Source of the DNA: Spirochaetia bacterium
GTDB taxonomy: Bacteria; Spirochaetota; Spirochaetia; SZUA-6; Bin103
Direction: 5' to 3'
DNA: 64,000 nt
NCBI GenBank assembly: GCA_965203905.1
Contig: CBDBDQ010000005.1
Location: 7,008,001 to 7,072,000 of the forward strand
The position numbers were made by a program, and so were the translations under genes. Below, piece by piece: positions 38,062-47,948 of the stretch; the stretch's first letter is position 1, and each line of letters opens with the position of its first letter. The notes beneath the pieces are model-generated. The model made no database searches, was not told the origin of the DNA, and saw nothing but the letters and a program-made list of their open reading frames with translations.

Positions 38062-39495
38062 TCAGCGCCAAGCGTAGCCGTACAGGTAGGCACCGCGCAT
38101 GGTGAGTCGGAGGGCGACGTTGGCGGCGGGACAGCGCGTGCCTCCGGCCCACTTGACCACAGCGCAGGTGTGGTCGCCGGTCAGCGGCGTGCACTCCTCG
38201 CGCCGGTATCCCTCCAGCGGCCGGCCGTCGCGCAGCAACTCGCAGGTGACCTGCCCGCCGGGCTTGGTTACCGCGTTGATGACCAGCTCGCGTCCGCGTA
38301 CGTCGGCCAGCGGCCTGGTGGTGAGCACGCCCTCGTGGCCGCCGCCCGCCGCCGACACCGCCGCCCACATGCGCCCCTTGCGCCAGGACGCGCGGCAGAA
38401 GGCGCCGTGGAACAGGTAGGCGGTCTCGTCGACGGAGTAGGTATCGCCATGCAGCCCCTCCAGCGCGCCGTAGAACAGCACCAGGTCGTCGCCATCCTCC
38501 ACCAGGGTCCGCGTGGGCCACAGCATGCCGCCGCCATAGTCGCCCAGGGGGGCCAGCGGCAGGCACGGGCGCCGTGCCGGACGCCACCAGCTCAGCGGCT
38601 CGCCGCTGGCCGATGCCGCAAACTGCAGGTCCATCTCCTGCAGGCGGCTGTGGTACACCGCCGTGAGGCCGATGAAGCCGTCCCCATACGGCTGTCTCCC
38701 CACCTCCATGATCTGGTCACCCTGGCTGTCGAGCCAGTCCGGCACCATGTTCAAGGCCGATGGCGTCCATACCCGCCCGTCCGCGCTGCGGCACTGAAAG
38801 GAGGCGCGACAGCCGCGTGGATCGACGTCATAGGGCGCCCAACCGCCCGGGTAGTTGGGTATGGAGGTCTTGTGATGGCTCACGTAGCTGCCATCCGGGT
38901 CCTTGTGCACCTGCAGGGTGTCGTCGCTGCGGATGTCGATCGGCCCGTGGTCCGGGCGCCAGTGGATGCCGTCGCGGGAACGGTAGCGGTACAGGCCGTA
39001 GCCGGCCGCGGCGCCGAACCCCGCCACCCGTCTCGCGGGGCACTTCCAGCTCGCATCGCGCAGGCAGAACATCTCGTAGGGTTCCTCGGGATGCGCCTCC
39101 GGATCGACGAACACCGAGGCGTACGTGGTGCGTCCGCCGGATTCGTAGTCGAAGACGATATTGGTACGCGGATAGCCCTCGTACGGGCACAGGTCCAGTT
39201 CCGGCCGGGTCCACTCTCGGCCATCCTCCGAGACCACGTGCACCAGGCGGAAATCGTGCTTGCCACGGGCATGATGCAGGTTCTCCTGCACCGCCACGAA
39301 CCAGCCTTTCCAGCGGCCGTCGATGGGGTCGCGGAGCACGGTGCCGTGGCCGGTGCAGGTAGACGCACTGTCCCAGGGGTAGCGCGGCTCCAGCAACACC
39401 TGGCAGTCACGGGCCTGCTCGATACGCCACGCAACGTTGCGACGCTGCTCGAAATCGTCGGCGTAAATGATCGGCGGATAGGTTTGGTAGTCCAT
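38062..39495 (-). CDS. Putative beta-propeller glycoside-hydrolase-like protein (paralog A)
   Basis: Repeated S.DG..W motifs, GTVLRDP..G.WK.W, C-terminal G.PLEGY...C..L.GD..VKW..LY domain. Confidence 0.75.
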   Translation of the reverse strand: MDYQTYPPIIYADDFEQRRNVAWRIEQARDCQVLLEPRYPWDSASTCTGHGTVLRDPIDGRWKGWFVAVQENLHHARGKHDFRLVHVVSEDGREWTRPELDLCPYEGYPRTNIVFDYESGGRTTYASVFVDPEAHPEEPYEMFCLRDASWKCPARRVAGFGAAAGYGLYRYRSRDGIHWRPDHGPIDIRSDDTLQVHKDPDGSYVSHHKTSIPNYPGGWAPYDVDPRGCRASFQCRSADGRVWTPSALNMVPDWLDSQGDQIMEVGRQPYGDGFIGLTAVYHSRLQEMDLQFAASASGEPLSWWRPARRPCLPLAPLGDYGGGMLWPTRTLVEDGDDLVLFYGALEGLHGDTYSVDETAYLFHGAFCRASWRKGRMWAAVSAAGGGHEGVLTTRPLADVRGRELVINAVTKPGGQVTCELLRDGRPLEGYRREECTPLTGDHTCAVVKWAGGTRCPAANVALRLTMRGAYLYGYAWR

Positions 39496-39667
39496 CAGTC
39501 ACCTCTCGGCGGTGGATTCGGCGCAACGGATGTCGTGACATCGTAGCAGAGCCGGGCCCGGTCCGCATCCTTGACGGCGTACGGGGCCGGAGCTAATCTG
39601 TCCTATTCACGGCCCGGGAGTGCGCGCCGTGTCTCCCGGGCTGGTACTACCGACCGAGGAGGTTGCC

Positions 39668-41551
39668 ATGCGAAACGCAGTGTTCGTGGCGTTGGGGCTT
39701 TGGCTCCTGGCGAGTTCGGCTGCAATGGCCGAAGGGAGCGGTGAGCGGAGCGAGGGAGCGGGCCGTGCCGCCTCCGTTGGGCAGATGGAAGCGCCGATGC
39801 TCCAGGCCAAGGTGGCGCGTGGAGAGCTTCCACCTCTGGAGCAGCGCATTCCGAAAGAACCCTACGTCTATACGATGGCGGCGGAAATCGGCTTCTACCA
39901 GCCGGGGCCGCTGACCGTTGCCGAGGCGAACGTCGACACCCCGTTCTGGCCGGCCGGCGAGCCCTGGGGATACGTACGATTCAAACGCGACTACAGCGAA
40001 GTGGAGCCGTATTTCGGCAAGGGCTGGAGCTGGAACGACGACTTCACCGAGCTCACCATCTTCCTGCGCGAGGGGTTGAAGTGGTCCGACGGTGACGACT
40101 ACACCGCGGACGACGCCGAGTTCTACTACAACGGCATCCAGCAGCATCCGGAGGGCTTCCGCACTCCCATCGGCAATCTGCTCAGGGTGGAGAAGATCGA
40201 CACCTGGAGCTTCAAGTACGTCCTGGAGCAGCCCGATCCCACCTTCCTGCAGCGCATCGCCGTCAACTGGGGACCGCTGCGCGCTCCGCGCCACCGGTTG
40301 GAGCAGTTCCATCCGGACTACAACCAGATCGAGGGCATGACCCGGGCGCAGCAGTGGGAGAAGCTGCAGACCGAGTTCAACTGGAGCACCCACTTCGGCG
40401 ATCCCGAGTGGCCGGTGCTGTGGCCCTGGGTGCTGCACGAAGTACGTCCCGGAATCGGCGTGCGGATGGAGCGCAACCCCTACTACTGGTGGGTAGACCG
40501 GGAAGGCAGACAGCTACCGTACATCGACGAAGTGCGCAGCGTGGTGGCGCGCAGCTCCGAGGTCCTGGCGTTGAAGCTGCTGGCCGGCGAGGTGGACGAG
40601 GCGCACCGCAACACCAACATCGAGATGGTGCCGGTGATGCTCGACGAGGGCAGCAGGCGCGGTCTGGAAGTGAAGCTCTATCCCACCGAGTACGGCAGTC
40701 CGTGGGCGGTCGGCTTCAACTACATGAACTCGGATCCGACCAAGCGTGAGTTGTTTCGTACCGCGGAGTTCCGCCAGGCGCTGTCGCTGGCGATCAACCG
40801 CAAGCTGATCAACCGCGTCGGGCTGCTCGGTCTGGGCAAGCCCACCCAGGGGTACCTGATCCCCAACTCCCCCTGGTATACCGAAGAGGTGAATACGGCG
40901 TTCGTCGAGCACGATCCCGAGCGCGCAAACGAGATGCTCGACGCGCTCGGATTGGGACCGCGCGACGGTGAAGGGTTCCGGCTCGGCCCGGCAGGGGAGC
41001 CGCTCAGCCTCGTCTACTATGTGGCCGTGCGGGGTGAGCTGGACGTCCCGATTGCGCAGTACGTGGTGGACGGCTGGCGTTCGGTCGGCGTGCGCACCCT
41101 GCTGCGCACCATTCCCCAGGAACAGCTCACCAACGCCATCAGGACCGCGGACTTCGACACCGTGCAGACCGGCTTGCGCGGCTCGATGTACCCCATCGAG
41201 CTGTTCCGGCGTGGTGGCGGCGGGATCATTCCCGGCGGCGGCTGGGGCCTGCAGGAGGAGCACCTCTACTGGCAGAGCAACGGCCAGCAGGGGCGGGCAC
41301 CCGATGCCGACGTGGCGGCGCTGTTCGCGCTGATCGACGAAGCCCGCTACGGGCTAGACGAAGCCAAGCGCGCGGCGGCGTACCGGCGCTACATCGAGTG
41401 GATGACGGACAACATTCCGGTCATCGGCCTGGCCGGGCCGAGCAAGGAACTGTTGGTCCACAAGAGCTCGCTGCGCAACGTGCCCGAGGACGTCCTGGTG
41501 GGCGGTGGGCGCTGGGACCGCGGTTCACCGTCGTGGTTCTTCGAGGAGTAA
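39668..41551 (+). CDS. ABC substrate-binding protein, family 5
   Basis: GAGGAGG RBS, EAPML..V..GELPPLEQR.P, LREGLKWSDG, RNPYYW.VD.EG.QLPYID. Confidence 0.93.
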   Translation: MRNAVFVALGLWLLASSAAMAEGSGERSEGAGRAASVGQMEAPMLQAKVARGELPPLEQRIPKEPYVYTMAAEIGFYQPGPLTVAEANVDTPFWPAGEPWGYVRFKRDYSEVEPYFGKGWSWNDDFTELTIFLREGLKWSDGDDYTADDAEFYYNGIQQHPEGFRTPIGNLLRVEKIDTWSFKYVLEQPDPTFLQRIAVNWGPLRAPRHRLEQFHPDYNQIEGMTRAQQWEKLQTEFNWSTHFGDPEWPVLWPWVLHEVRPGIGVRMERNPYYWWVDREGRQLPYIDEVRSVVARSSEVLALKLLAGEVDEAHRNTNIEMVPVMLDEGSRRGLEVKLYPTEYGSPWAVGFNYMNSDPTKRELFRTAEFRQALSLAINRKLINRVGLLGLGKPTQGYLIPNSPWYTEEVNTAFVEHDPERANEMLDALGLGPRDGEGFRLGPAGEPLSLVYYVAVRGELDVPIAQYVVDGWRSVGVRTLLRTIPQEQLTNAIRTADFDTVQTGLRGSMYPIELFRRGGGGIIPGGGWGLQEEHLYWQSNGQQGRAPDADVAALFALIDEARYGLDEAKRAAAYRRYIEWMTDNIPVIGLAGPSKELLVHKSSLRNVPEDVLVGGGRWDRGSPSWFFEE

Positions 41552-41595
41552 GCACAATCACAGGAGCCCACGTGCACGCGGCGGCACCCTGAGCG

Positions 41596-42717
41596 GTGCC
41601 GCCCGCTGCTCCGAACACCAGCATGCAGCAGGTGATGCTGCGGACCGAGCATCTCAAGACCTGGTTCCCGGTGCGGCGCGGGCTGTTCCAGCGGGTGGTC
41701 GCCCAGATCAGGGCGGTCGACGACGTGAACCTGACCGTATACCGCGGCGAGACGCTGGGAGTCGTAGGCGAGAGCGGCTGCGGCAAGACCACCCTGGGGC
41801 GCACCATCGTCCGGCTCCTGGAGCCGACCGCGGGCCGCGTTCTGTTTCGTACGGGCGAGGGGCTGCAGGATCTGGCGGAGTGCTCCGCGCAGGAGTTGAG
41901 ACAGGTGCGCCGATCCCTGCAGATGGTGTTCCAGGACCCCTACTCCTCGCTCAACCCGCGCATGACGGTGAAGCAGGTCGTGGGTGAGCCGTTGCGGGTG
42001 CAGGGGCTGGCCAGCCGCGACAGCCTCGACCACCGGGTCAGCCGCATGCTGCGCCTGGTGGGGCTGAGCAGCGAGCACCTGGAACGGTTTCCCCACGCCT
42101 TCAGCGGTGGCCAGCGGCAACGGATCGCCATTGCGCGCGCCATGGTGCTGGAGCCAGAGTTCCTGGTGGCCGACGAGCCGGTGTCCGCACTGGACGTCTC
42201 CGTGCAGGCGCAGATCCTGAACCTGCTGCTGGACCTGCAGACCCGCTTTCACCTCACGCTGCTGTTCATCGCCCATGACATAGACCTGATCCGTCACCTC
42301 AGCGATCGCATCGCGGTGATGTACTTGGGGCAGGTGGTGGAAGTCGGCGCCGCCGGGGAGGTGTGCAGCCGGCCGGCGCATCCCTACACCGAGACGCTGC
42401 TTGCATCGGTACCGCTGCCGCTGCCGGGGCGGCAACAACAGCGGCCGTCGAGCGCCGAGGAGCTGCCCGACCCCGCGGATCCACCAGCCGGCTGCTACTT
42501 CCACCAGCGCTGCGGCTACGCCCAGGAGGTGTGCCGGCACGAGTCCCCGGCGCTCGGCGCCGCCGGCACCGGCTCCTCCCAGGTTGCCCGCTGCCACTTC
42601 AGCGACCAACTGCACCTGGATGGTTTGAGCAGCGAGGTGGACGTGGCCCGGGCGGTGGAGCGCAGCAGGCGTGACCTCGAAACACGACTCGCGGGGACCG
42701 GCAGGGAACCACCGTGA
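41596..42717 (+). CDS. Oligopeptide ABC ATP-binding protein (OppF/DppF-like)
   Basis: GESGCGKTT, FSGGQRQR, ADEP, C-terminal Cys cluster. Confidence 0.93.
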   Translation: MPPAAPNTSMQQVMLRTEHLKTWFPVRRGLFQRVVAQIRAVDDVNLTVYRGETLGVVGESGCGKTTLGRTIVRLLEPTAGRVLFRTGEGLQDLAECSAQELRQVRRSLQMVFQDPYSSLNPRMTVKQVVGEPLRVQGLASRDSLDHRVSRMLRLVGLSSEHLERFPHAFSGGQRQRIAIARAMVLEPEFLVADEPVSALDVSVQAQILNLLLDLQTRFHLTLLFIAHDIDLIRHLSDRIAVMYLGQVVEVGAAGEVCSRPAHPYTETLLASVPLPLPGRQQQRPSSAEELPDPADPPAGCYFHQRCGYAQEVCRHESPALGAAGTGSSQVARCHFSDQLHLDGLSSEVDVARAVERSRRDLETRLAGTGREPP

Positions 42718-43700
42718 CCCAGTACGTGCTGCGGCGGGTGATCCATGTCATCCCGCTACTGATCCTGGTCTCGATCATTTCCTTTCTCCTCATCCAACTG
42801 CCGCCCGGCGACATTGCCGAGACCTTCATCCTGCAGCGGATTCAGCTCGGCGACTATCCGGACGAAACGGAGATACGGAAGATCCGCGAACGCTACCTGC
42901 TGGACCGCCCCATCTACGAGCAATACCTGAGATGGGTGGTGGGGTTCACCCGTGGCGACTGGGGGTACTCCTACCTCAGGGGCAAGTCGGTGCGCGAGCT
43001 GATCGGCGAACGGATCGTGCTCAGCATCGTGATCTCGGTAGCCGGCATCCTGTTTGCCTACCTGGTGGCAATCCCCTTCGGCATCTACTCGGCCACGCAC
43101 CAGTATTCGGTGGGCGACACCGCGGTCTCGTTCGCCGCCTTCATCGGCATGGCCACTCCCAACTTCCTGCTGGCGCTGGTACTCATGTTCATCAGCGTGA
43201 TGGTGTTCGGGGCCTCTTCGGTCGGTGGCCTGTTCTCGCCGCAGTACATCATGGAGCCGTGGAGCCTGGGCAAGGTGGTCGACTTCCTGAAGCACCTGTG
43301 GATGCCCATGATCATCGTGGGAACGGCCGGCGCCGCCAGCAAGACCCGCATCATGCGCGGCAACCTGCTCGACAACCTGGAGCAGCCGTTCGTCGACACC
43401 GCGCGCATGAAGGGGCTCACCGAGCGGGCCGTGGTCAACAAACACGCCGTACGCGCGTCCATCAACCCGCTGATCAGCATCTTGGGGCTCACGTTCCCCG
43501 CGATGATTTCCGGGGAGGTGATCGTCGGCGAGGTGATGGGGCTGCCCACCATCGGTCCGATGCTGCTGGAGGCGTTGCGGGCGCAGGACATGTACCTGGC
43601 GGGGGCGGTGATCATGATTCTTTCAGTCGCCCTGATCGCCGGCAATCTGCTCGCCGACATCGCCCTGGCCTGGCTGGATCCGCGGATCCGCTACCGCTAG
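42714..43700 (+). CDS. Oligopeptide ABC permease (OppB-like)
   Basis: YVLRR, LPPGD, TARMKGL, LDPRIRY. Confidence 0.93.
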   Translation: MTQYVLRRVIHVIPLLILVSIISFLLIQLPPGDIAETFILQRIQLGDYPDETEIRKIRERYLLDRPIYEQYLRWVVGFTRGDWGYSYLRGKSVRELIGERIVLSIVISVAGILFAYLVAIPFGIYSATHQYSVGDTAVSFAAFIGMATPNFLLALVLMFISVMVFGASSVGGLFSPQYIMEPWSLGKVVDFLKHLWMPMIIVGTAGAASKTRIMRGNLLDNLEQPFVDTARMKGLTERAVVNKHAVRASINPLISILGLTFPAMISGEVIVGEVMGLPTIGPMLLEALRAQDMYLAGAVIMILSVALIAGNLLADIALAWLDPRIRYR

Positions 43701-43702
43701 GG

Positions 43703-44845
43703 ATGGATCTCGCGCGCGAGCCGGTGGAACCAGCACCGGAAACAGACGCCACGGCCGGGACCTCCCGCGCCGCCCTGCCGCTGCGCGCCCTGATCTGGCA
43801 GCGGTTTCGGCGCAACCGGATCGGCATGCTCGGGCTGGTATTGGTGGGGGGCCTGTACCTGGCGGTGCTGCCGGCGGAGTTCCTGGCCCCCTATACCCTC
43901 GCCTCGCAGTTCTCCGAGCTCACCTTCGCCCCGCCGCAGCGGATCCACTTCGTCGACCAGCACGGCAGATTTTCGCTGCGCCCCTTCGTGTACGGACTGC
44001 ACAGCGAACGCGATCCGCGGACGCTCAGACTCATCACCACCCCCAATATGGACCAGAAGTTCCCGCTGCGCCTCTTGGTGCGGGGCGAGGAAGAATACCG
44101 CTGGCTGCTGTTTCGCAGCCGGGTGCACCTGTTCGGGGTGGAGGAGGGGTACTTCTTCCTGCTCGGAACCGATCGGGTGGGACGTGACCTGTTCACGCGG
44201 ATCCTCTACGGCGGGCGCATCTCGATGACCGTGGGCCTGATCGGCGTACTGGTTTCGGTGGCGCTCGGTTCGTTTCTCGGCATTCTCTCCGGCTACTTCG
44301 GGGGCCTGCTCGATGACTTGATGCAGCGCGGCGTCGAGCTGCTGATCAGCATCCCAACCCTGCCGCTGTGGCTGGTGCTGGCGGCGGCGGTGCCCCCGGA
44401 ATGGTCGCCGCTGGTGGTGTTCTTCATGATCACCCTGATCCTCTCCCTGGCAAGCTGGGGCGGGCTGGCGCGGGAGGTGCGCGGGCTGGCGCTGTCGCTG
44501 CGCTCCCGCGAGTTCGTGCTCGCCGCCAGAACGGCGGGGGCGCGCAACGGCTGGATCCTCCTCCACCACCTCCTTCCCAGTTGCTCCAGCCACATCATCG
44601 TGCGTGCCACCCTGGCGATTCCCGGCATGATCCTCGGCGAGACCTCGCTCAGCTTTCTCGGACTCGGCATCCGCCCACCGATGACCAGTTGGGGCGTGTT
44701 GCTGCAGGAGGCGCAGCGGGTCTCGGTGCTGGCGCACCACCCGTGGCTGGTGCTGCCGGTGTTCCTGGTCATCATGGCGATCCTGGGATGGAACTTCCTG
44801 GGCGACGGCATCCGTGACGCAGCCGATCCCTACGCCGAGAACTGA
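43703..44845 (+). CDS. Oligopeptide ABC permease (OppC-like)
   Basis: LGTDRVGRD, GETSLSFLGLG, GDGIRDAADP; start at ATG 43703. Confidence 0.92.
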   Translation: MDLAREPVEPAPETDATAGTSRAALPLRALIWQRFRRNRIGMLGLVLVGGLYLAVLPAEFLAPYTLASQFSELTFAPPQRIHFVDQHGRFSLRPFVYGLHSERDPRTLRLITTPNMDQKFPLRLLVRGEEEYRWLLFRSRVHLFGVEEGYFFLLGTDRVGRDLFTRILYGGRISMTVGLIGVLVSVALGSFLGILSGYFGGLLDDLMQRGVELLISIPTLPLWLVLAAAVPPEWSPLVVFFMITLILSLASWGGLAREVRGLALSLRSREFVLAARTAGARNGWILLHHLLPSCSSHIIVRATLAIPGMILGETSLSFLGLGIRPPMTSWGVLLQEAQRVSVLAHHPWLVLPVFLVIMAILGWNFLGDGIRDAADPYAEN

Positions 44846-44846
44846 C

Positions 44847-45848
44847 GTGGAAGCCGACACGATCCTCGACATCACGGACCTGCACGTACACTTCCTGCTC
44901 GGCGCTGGGAGCGTGCGGGCCGTCAACGGCGTGAGCCTGCGCGTGCTGCGGCAGCGCACGTTCGGAATCGTCGGCGAAAGCGGCTGCGGCAAGAGCGTCA
45001 CTGCTCTTTCCACCGTGCAGTTGATCAAGATGCCTCCCGGCAAGATCGTGGCGGGAAGCATTCTCCTGCATCGGGATGGCACCACCCTGGACCTCGCCAG
45101 GCTACCACGCAACGGGAGGGAGTTGCGCCGGATCCGCGGCAACGAGATTGCCGTGATCTTTCAGGATCCGATGAGCGCGCTCCATCCGATGTACAGCATC
45201 GGCGACCAGATCGCCGAGGGGCTGCGCCGCCATCGCCCGGAGCTCGGGCGCGCCGAGCAGAACGAAATCGTGCTGCAGATGCTGGCCAGCGTGGGTCTGC
45301 CCAACCCCGGCCGGCTGGCGCTGGACTACCCGCACAACCTGAGCGGTGGCATGCGCCAACGGGCGATGATTGCATTGGCGCTGGCATGCAACCCGCGCCT
45401 GTTGATCGCCGATGAACCCACCACCGCGCTTGATGTGACCGTACAAGCCCGCATTCTGAGTCTGATCGACCGACTGCAGGAGCAGCTCGGCATGGCGGTG
45501 GTACTGATCTCGCACGACCTCGCGGTGATCGCCGAGAACGCCGACGAGGTGGCGGTGATGTACCTCGGAGAAGTCGTGGAGTCAGGCAGCGTCGACGCGG
45601 TGTTCTCGTCACCGTTACACCCCTACACGCTCGGGTTGTTCCAATCGATACCGGCGTTGCAGCGGCAACGGCGCGCACCGCTGAACGCATTGCGTGGATC
45701 CGTGCCCGGGCCGTATCAGGTGCCGCAGGGTTGCGTGTTCAAGGATCGCTGCCCATTCCGCCATGCCGCGTGCGAGCGCGAGCCGCCGGTGCTGGAACCG
45801 GAGCCGGGACACGCGGTGAAATGCTGGCTGTTCGATCCCCCGCCATGA
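44847..45848 (+). CDS. Oligopeptide ABC ATP-binding protein (OppD/DppD-like)
   Basis: GESGCGKS, LSGGMRQR, ADEPTTALD. Confidence 0.92.
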   Translation: MEADTILDITDLHVHFLLGAGSVRAVNGVSLRVLRQRTFGIVGESGCGKSVTALSTVQLIKMPPGKIVAGSILLHRDGTTLDLARLPRNGRELRRIRGNEIAVIFQDPMSALHPMYSIGDQIAEGLRRHRPELGRAEQNEIVLQMLASVGLPNPGRLALDYPHNLSGGMRQRAMIALALACNPRLLIADEPTTALDVTVQARILSLIDRLQEQLGMAVVLISHDLAVIAENADEVAVMYLGEVVESGSVDAVFSSPLHPYTLGLFQSIPALQRQRRAPLNALRGSVPGPYQVPQGCVFKDRCPFRHAACEREPPVLEPEPGHAVKCWLFDPPP

Positions 45849-47287
45849 CCGATTACCGCGTCAACCCGCCGGTCCTCTTTGCCGACGACTTTGTCGAACG
45901 CCACAACATAGCGTGGCGCGTCGAGCCCGCGCACGATCGCACCGTGTTGCTGGAACCGGCCTTCCCGTGGGACGGAGCCCTGGTCTGCAAGGGACACGGG
46001 ACCGTGCTGAAGGACCCGCGCGACGGCTTGTTCAAGGGCTGGTTCGTCGCGGTGGAAGAGGATCTGGGCTACCGGCGCGGTCGTCAGGAGTACCGCCTGG
46101 TGTACGTGGAGTCGCGCGACGGGTGGCAGTGGGAGCGGCCGCCGCTGGACCTGTGCCCCTACCCCGGACATCCGCACACAAACATCCTGTTCGACTACGA
46201 CTCGGGAGGCCGCACTTCCTACGCCTCGGTACTGGTGGACGAGGACGACGTCGCCGAGCCGTACCAGATGTTCTGTTTCCGTGATCCGAGCTGGAAATGT
46301 CCGGGCGGCGTGGTGCCGGGGTTCGGGCACGAAGCCGGCTACGGCCTGTACCGCTATCGGTCTGCCGACGGCATCCACTGGCGGCCCCAGCACGGCCCGC
46401 TGGACATCGCCAGCGACGATACGCTGTACGTTCACCGGGACCCTGACGGAACCTACGTCTCCCACCACAAGAAGTCGATTCCCAACTATCCGGGCGGGCA
46501 CACCCCGTACGACGTCGACCCCGCGGGGTCGCGCAACGCCTTTGCCGCCACCAGCGCGGACGGCGTGCACTGGCAGCCCTCCACCATCGCCATGACACCG
46601 GACCGGCTCGACCGGCAGGGCGATCAGATCATGGAGCTGGGCCGCCACCCGTACAACGGCGGCTTCGTCGGGATCACCGCGGTGTACCACAGCCGGCATC
46701 AGGAGATGGACCTGCAGGTGGCGGCGTCACCCGACGGCCGGCCGCTGAGCTGGTGGCGGCCGTCGCGGCGGCCGTGCCTGCCGCTGGCGCCGCTGGGAGA
46801 GTATGGCGGCGGGCTGATCTGGCCCACCCGTACCCTGGTTGAGGATGGCGATCAGTGGGTGCTGTACCACGGCGCCACCGAGGGCCTGCACGGCGACGCC
46901 TACGCGCGCGATGAGAGTGTGCTGCTGTTTCACGGCGCGTTCTGCCGGGCGTCATGGCGCAAGGGCCGCATGTGGGCCGCGGTGCCGGCGGCCGGCGGTG
47001 GGCAGGAAGCAAGCTTGACCAGCAATCCGGCCCCGAAGGCGCGCGGCCGGCAATTGATCGCGAACGTCGTCACCCGGCCCGGCGGCCGGCTCCTCTGCGA
47101 GCTGTTGCGCGATGGCAGCCCGGTCGCCGGCTACGGCCGAGCCGACTGCGTGCCGGTGTCCGGTGACGAGACCTGCGCACTGGTCCGCTGGCGCGCAGGC
47201 GCGCACTGCCCGGCGGATGGACTGGCGCTGCGCCTGTATCTGCGCGGAGCCTGCCTCTACGGCTTCGGCTGGCAGGAGGACGCCTGA
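45845..47287 (+). CDS. Putative beta-propeller glycoside-hydrolase-like protein (paralog B)
   Basis: Colinear with 38062-39495 (DYDSGGRTSYASV, SIPNYPGG, QGDQIME, FHGAFCRASWRKGRMWAAV). Confidence 0.8.
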   Translation: MTDYRVNPPVLFADDFVERHNIAWRVEPAHDRTVLLEPAFPWDGALVCKGHGTVLKDPRDGLFKGWFVAVEEDLGYRRGRQEYRLVYVESRDGWQWERPPLDLCPYPGHPHTNILFDYDSGGRTSYASVLVDEDDVAEPYQMFCFRDPSWKCPGGVVPGFGHEAGYGLYRYRSADGIHWRPQHGPLDIASDDTLYVHRDPDGTYVSHHKKSIPNYPGGHTPYDVDPAGSRNAFAATSADGVHWQPSTIAMTPDRLDRQGDQIMELGRHPYNGGFVGITAVYHSRHQEMDLQVAASPDGRPLSWWRPSRRPCLPLAPLGEYGGGLIWPTRTLVEDGDQWVLYHGATEGLHGDAYARDESVLLFHGAFCRASWRKGRMWAAVPAAGGGQEASLTSNPAPKARGRQLIANVVTRPGGRLLCELLRDGSPVAGYGRADCVPVSGDETCALVRWRAGAHCPADGLALRLYLRGACLYGFGWQEDA

Positions 47288-47323
47288 GCTGCGTCGAGCG
47301 CTCGACCTGCGGCGCGACCGTTG

Positions 47324-47614
47324 CTACGCCCGCAATGCCTTTTCGACTGCTTCGGGCTCCTCGGCGGCGACCTTCAGCAAGGCTCGAGCCGGGCCCTCGG
47401 GACGGCGTCGTCCCTGCTCCCAATTCCGGAGCGTAGCCACGCTGACTCCGATCATGAGAGCGAACTCGGATTGCGACCGTCGCAGTCTCTGCCGCACCGC
47501 CTTGATATCAACCGGGCCGATCTCGAAGACGCGTGAGGGCGCCCGACTTCCGCGTTTGATGTCGCCCGCTTCCTTGATGCTTGTCACCAATTCACTGAAA
47601 TCGTCTTCCTTCAC
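47324..47614 (-). CDS. XRE-family HTH antitoxin (HigA-like)
   Basis: DIKAVRQRL..SQSEFALMIGVSVATLRNWEQGRRRPEGPARALL. Confidence 0.9.
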   Translation of the reverse strand: MKEDDFSELVTSIKEAGDIKRGSRAPSRVFEIGPVDIKAVRQRLRRSQSEFALMIGVSVATLRNWEQGRRRPEGPARALLKVAAEEPEAVEKALRA

Positions 47615-47697
47615 GTCAACTCCTCTCGGATCAGCCTCGACAGTGTCTTCAACTGCTGAGGGCTCAGATCTTCCCGATCACTCTTGGGGTAGAGGGC
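47611..47697 (-). pseudogene. C-terminal remnant of a RelE/HigB-family toxin
   Basis: ALYPKSDREDLSPQQLKTLSRLIREELT*, whose TGA overlaps the antitoxin GTG; no upstream toxin sequence. Confidence 0.8.
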
Positions 47698-47948
47698 GCA
47701 TGACCGTCAACCGTTCCCGCAGCGGCCGAGGCGCAAGCCGCTGGCTGATCGTGCCTCCTGCTCGGCGGTTGGTTGATCGGTCCGCCACGGTCCCGGCGAC
47801 GGGACCTGCGCGGTGGGGGCGGGCGACGGCCACGCGTCGCCCTGGCGACAGGACTATCCCACGCTACGCGACAGGCCGGCTGCAATCGTTACTCCCGCTG
47901 CCCTCGGACCGACGCCCGGCCGCCCAACGCGCCCCCGGGGAGCGCCGA

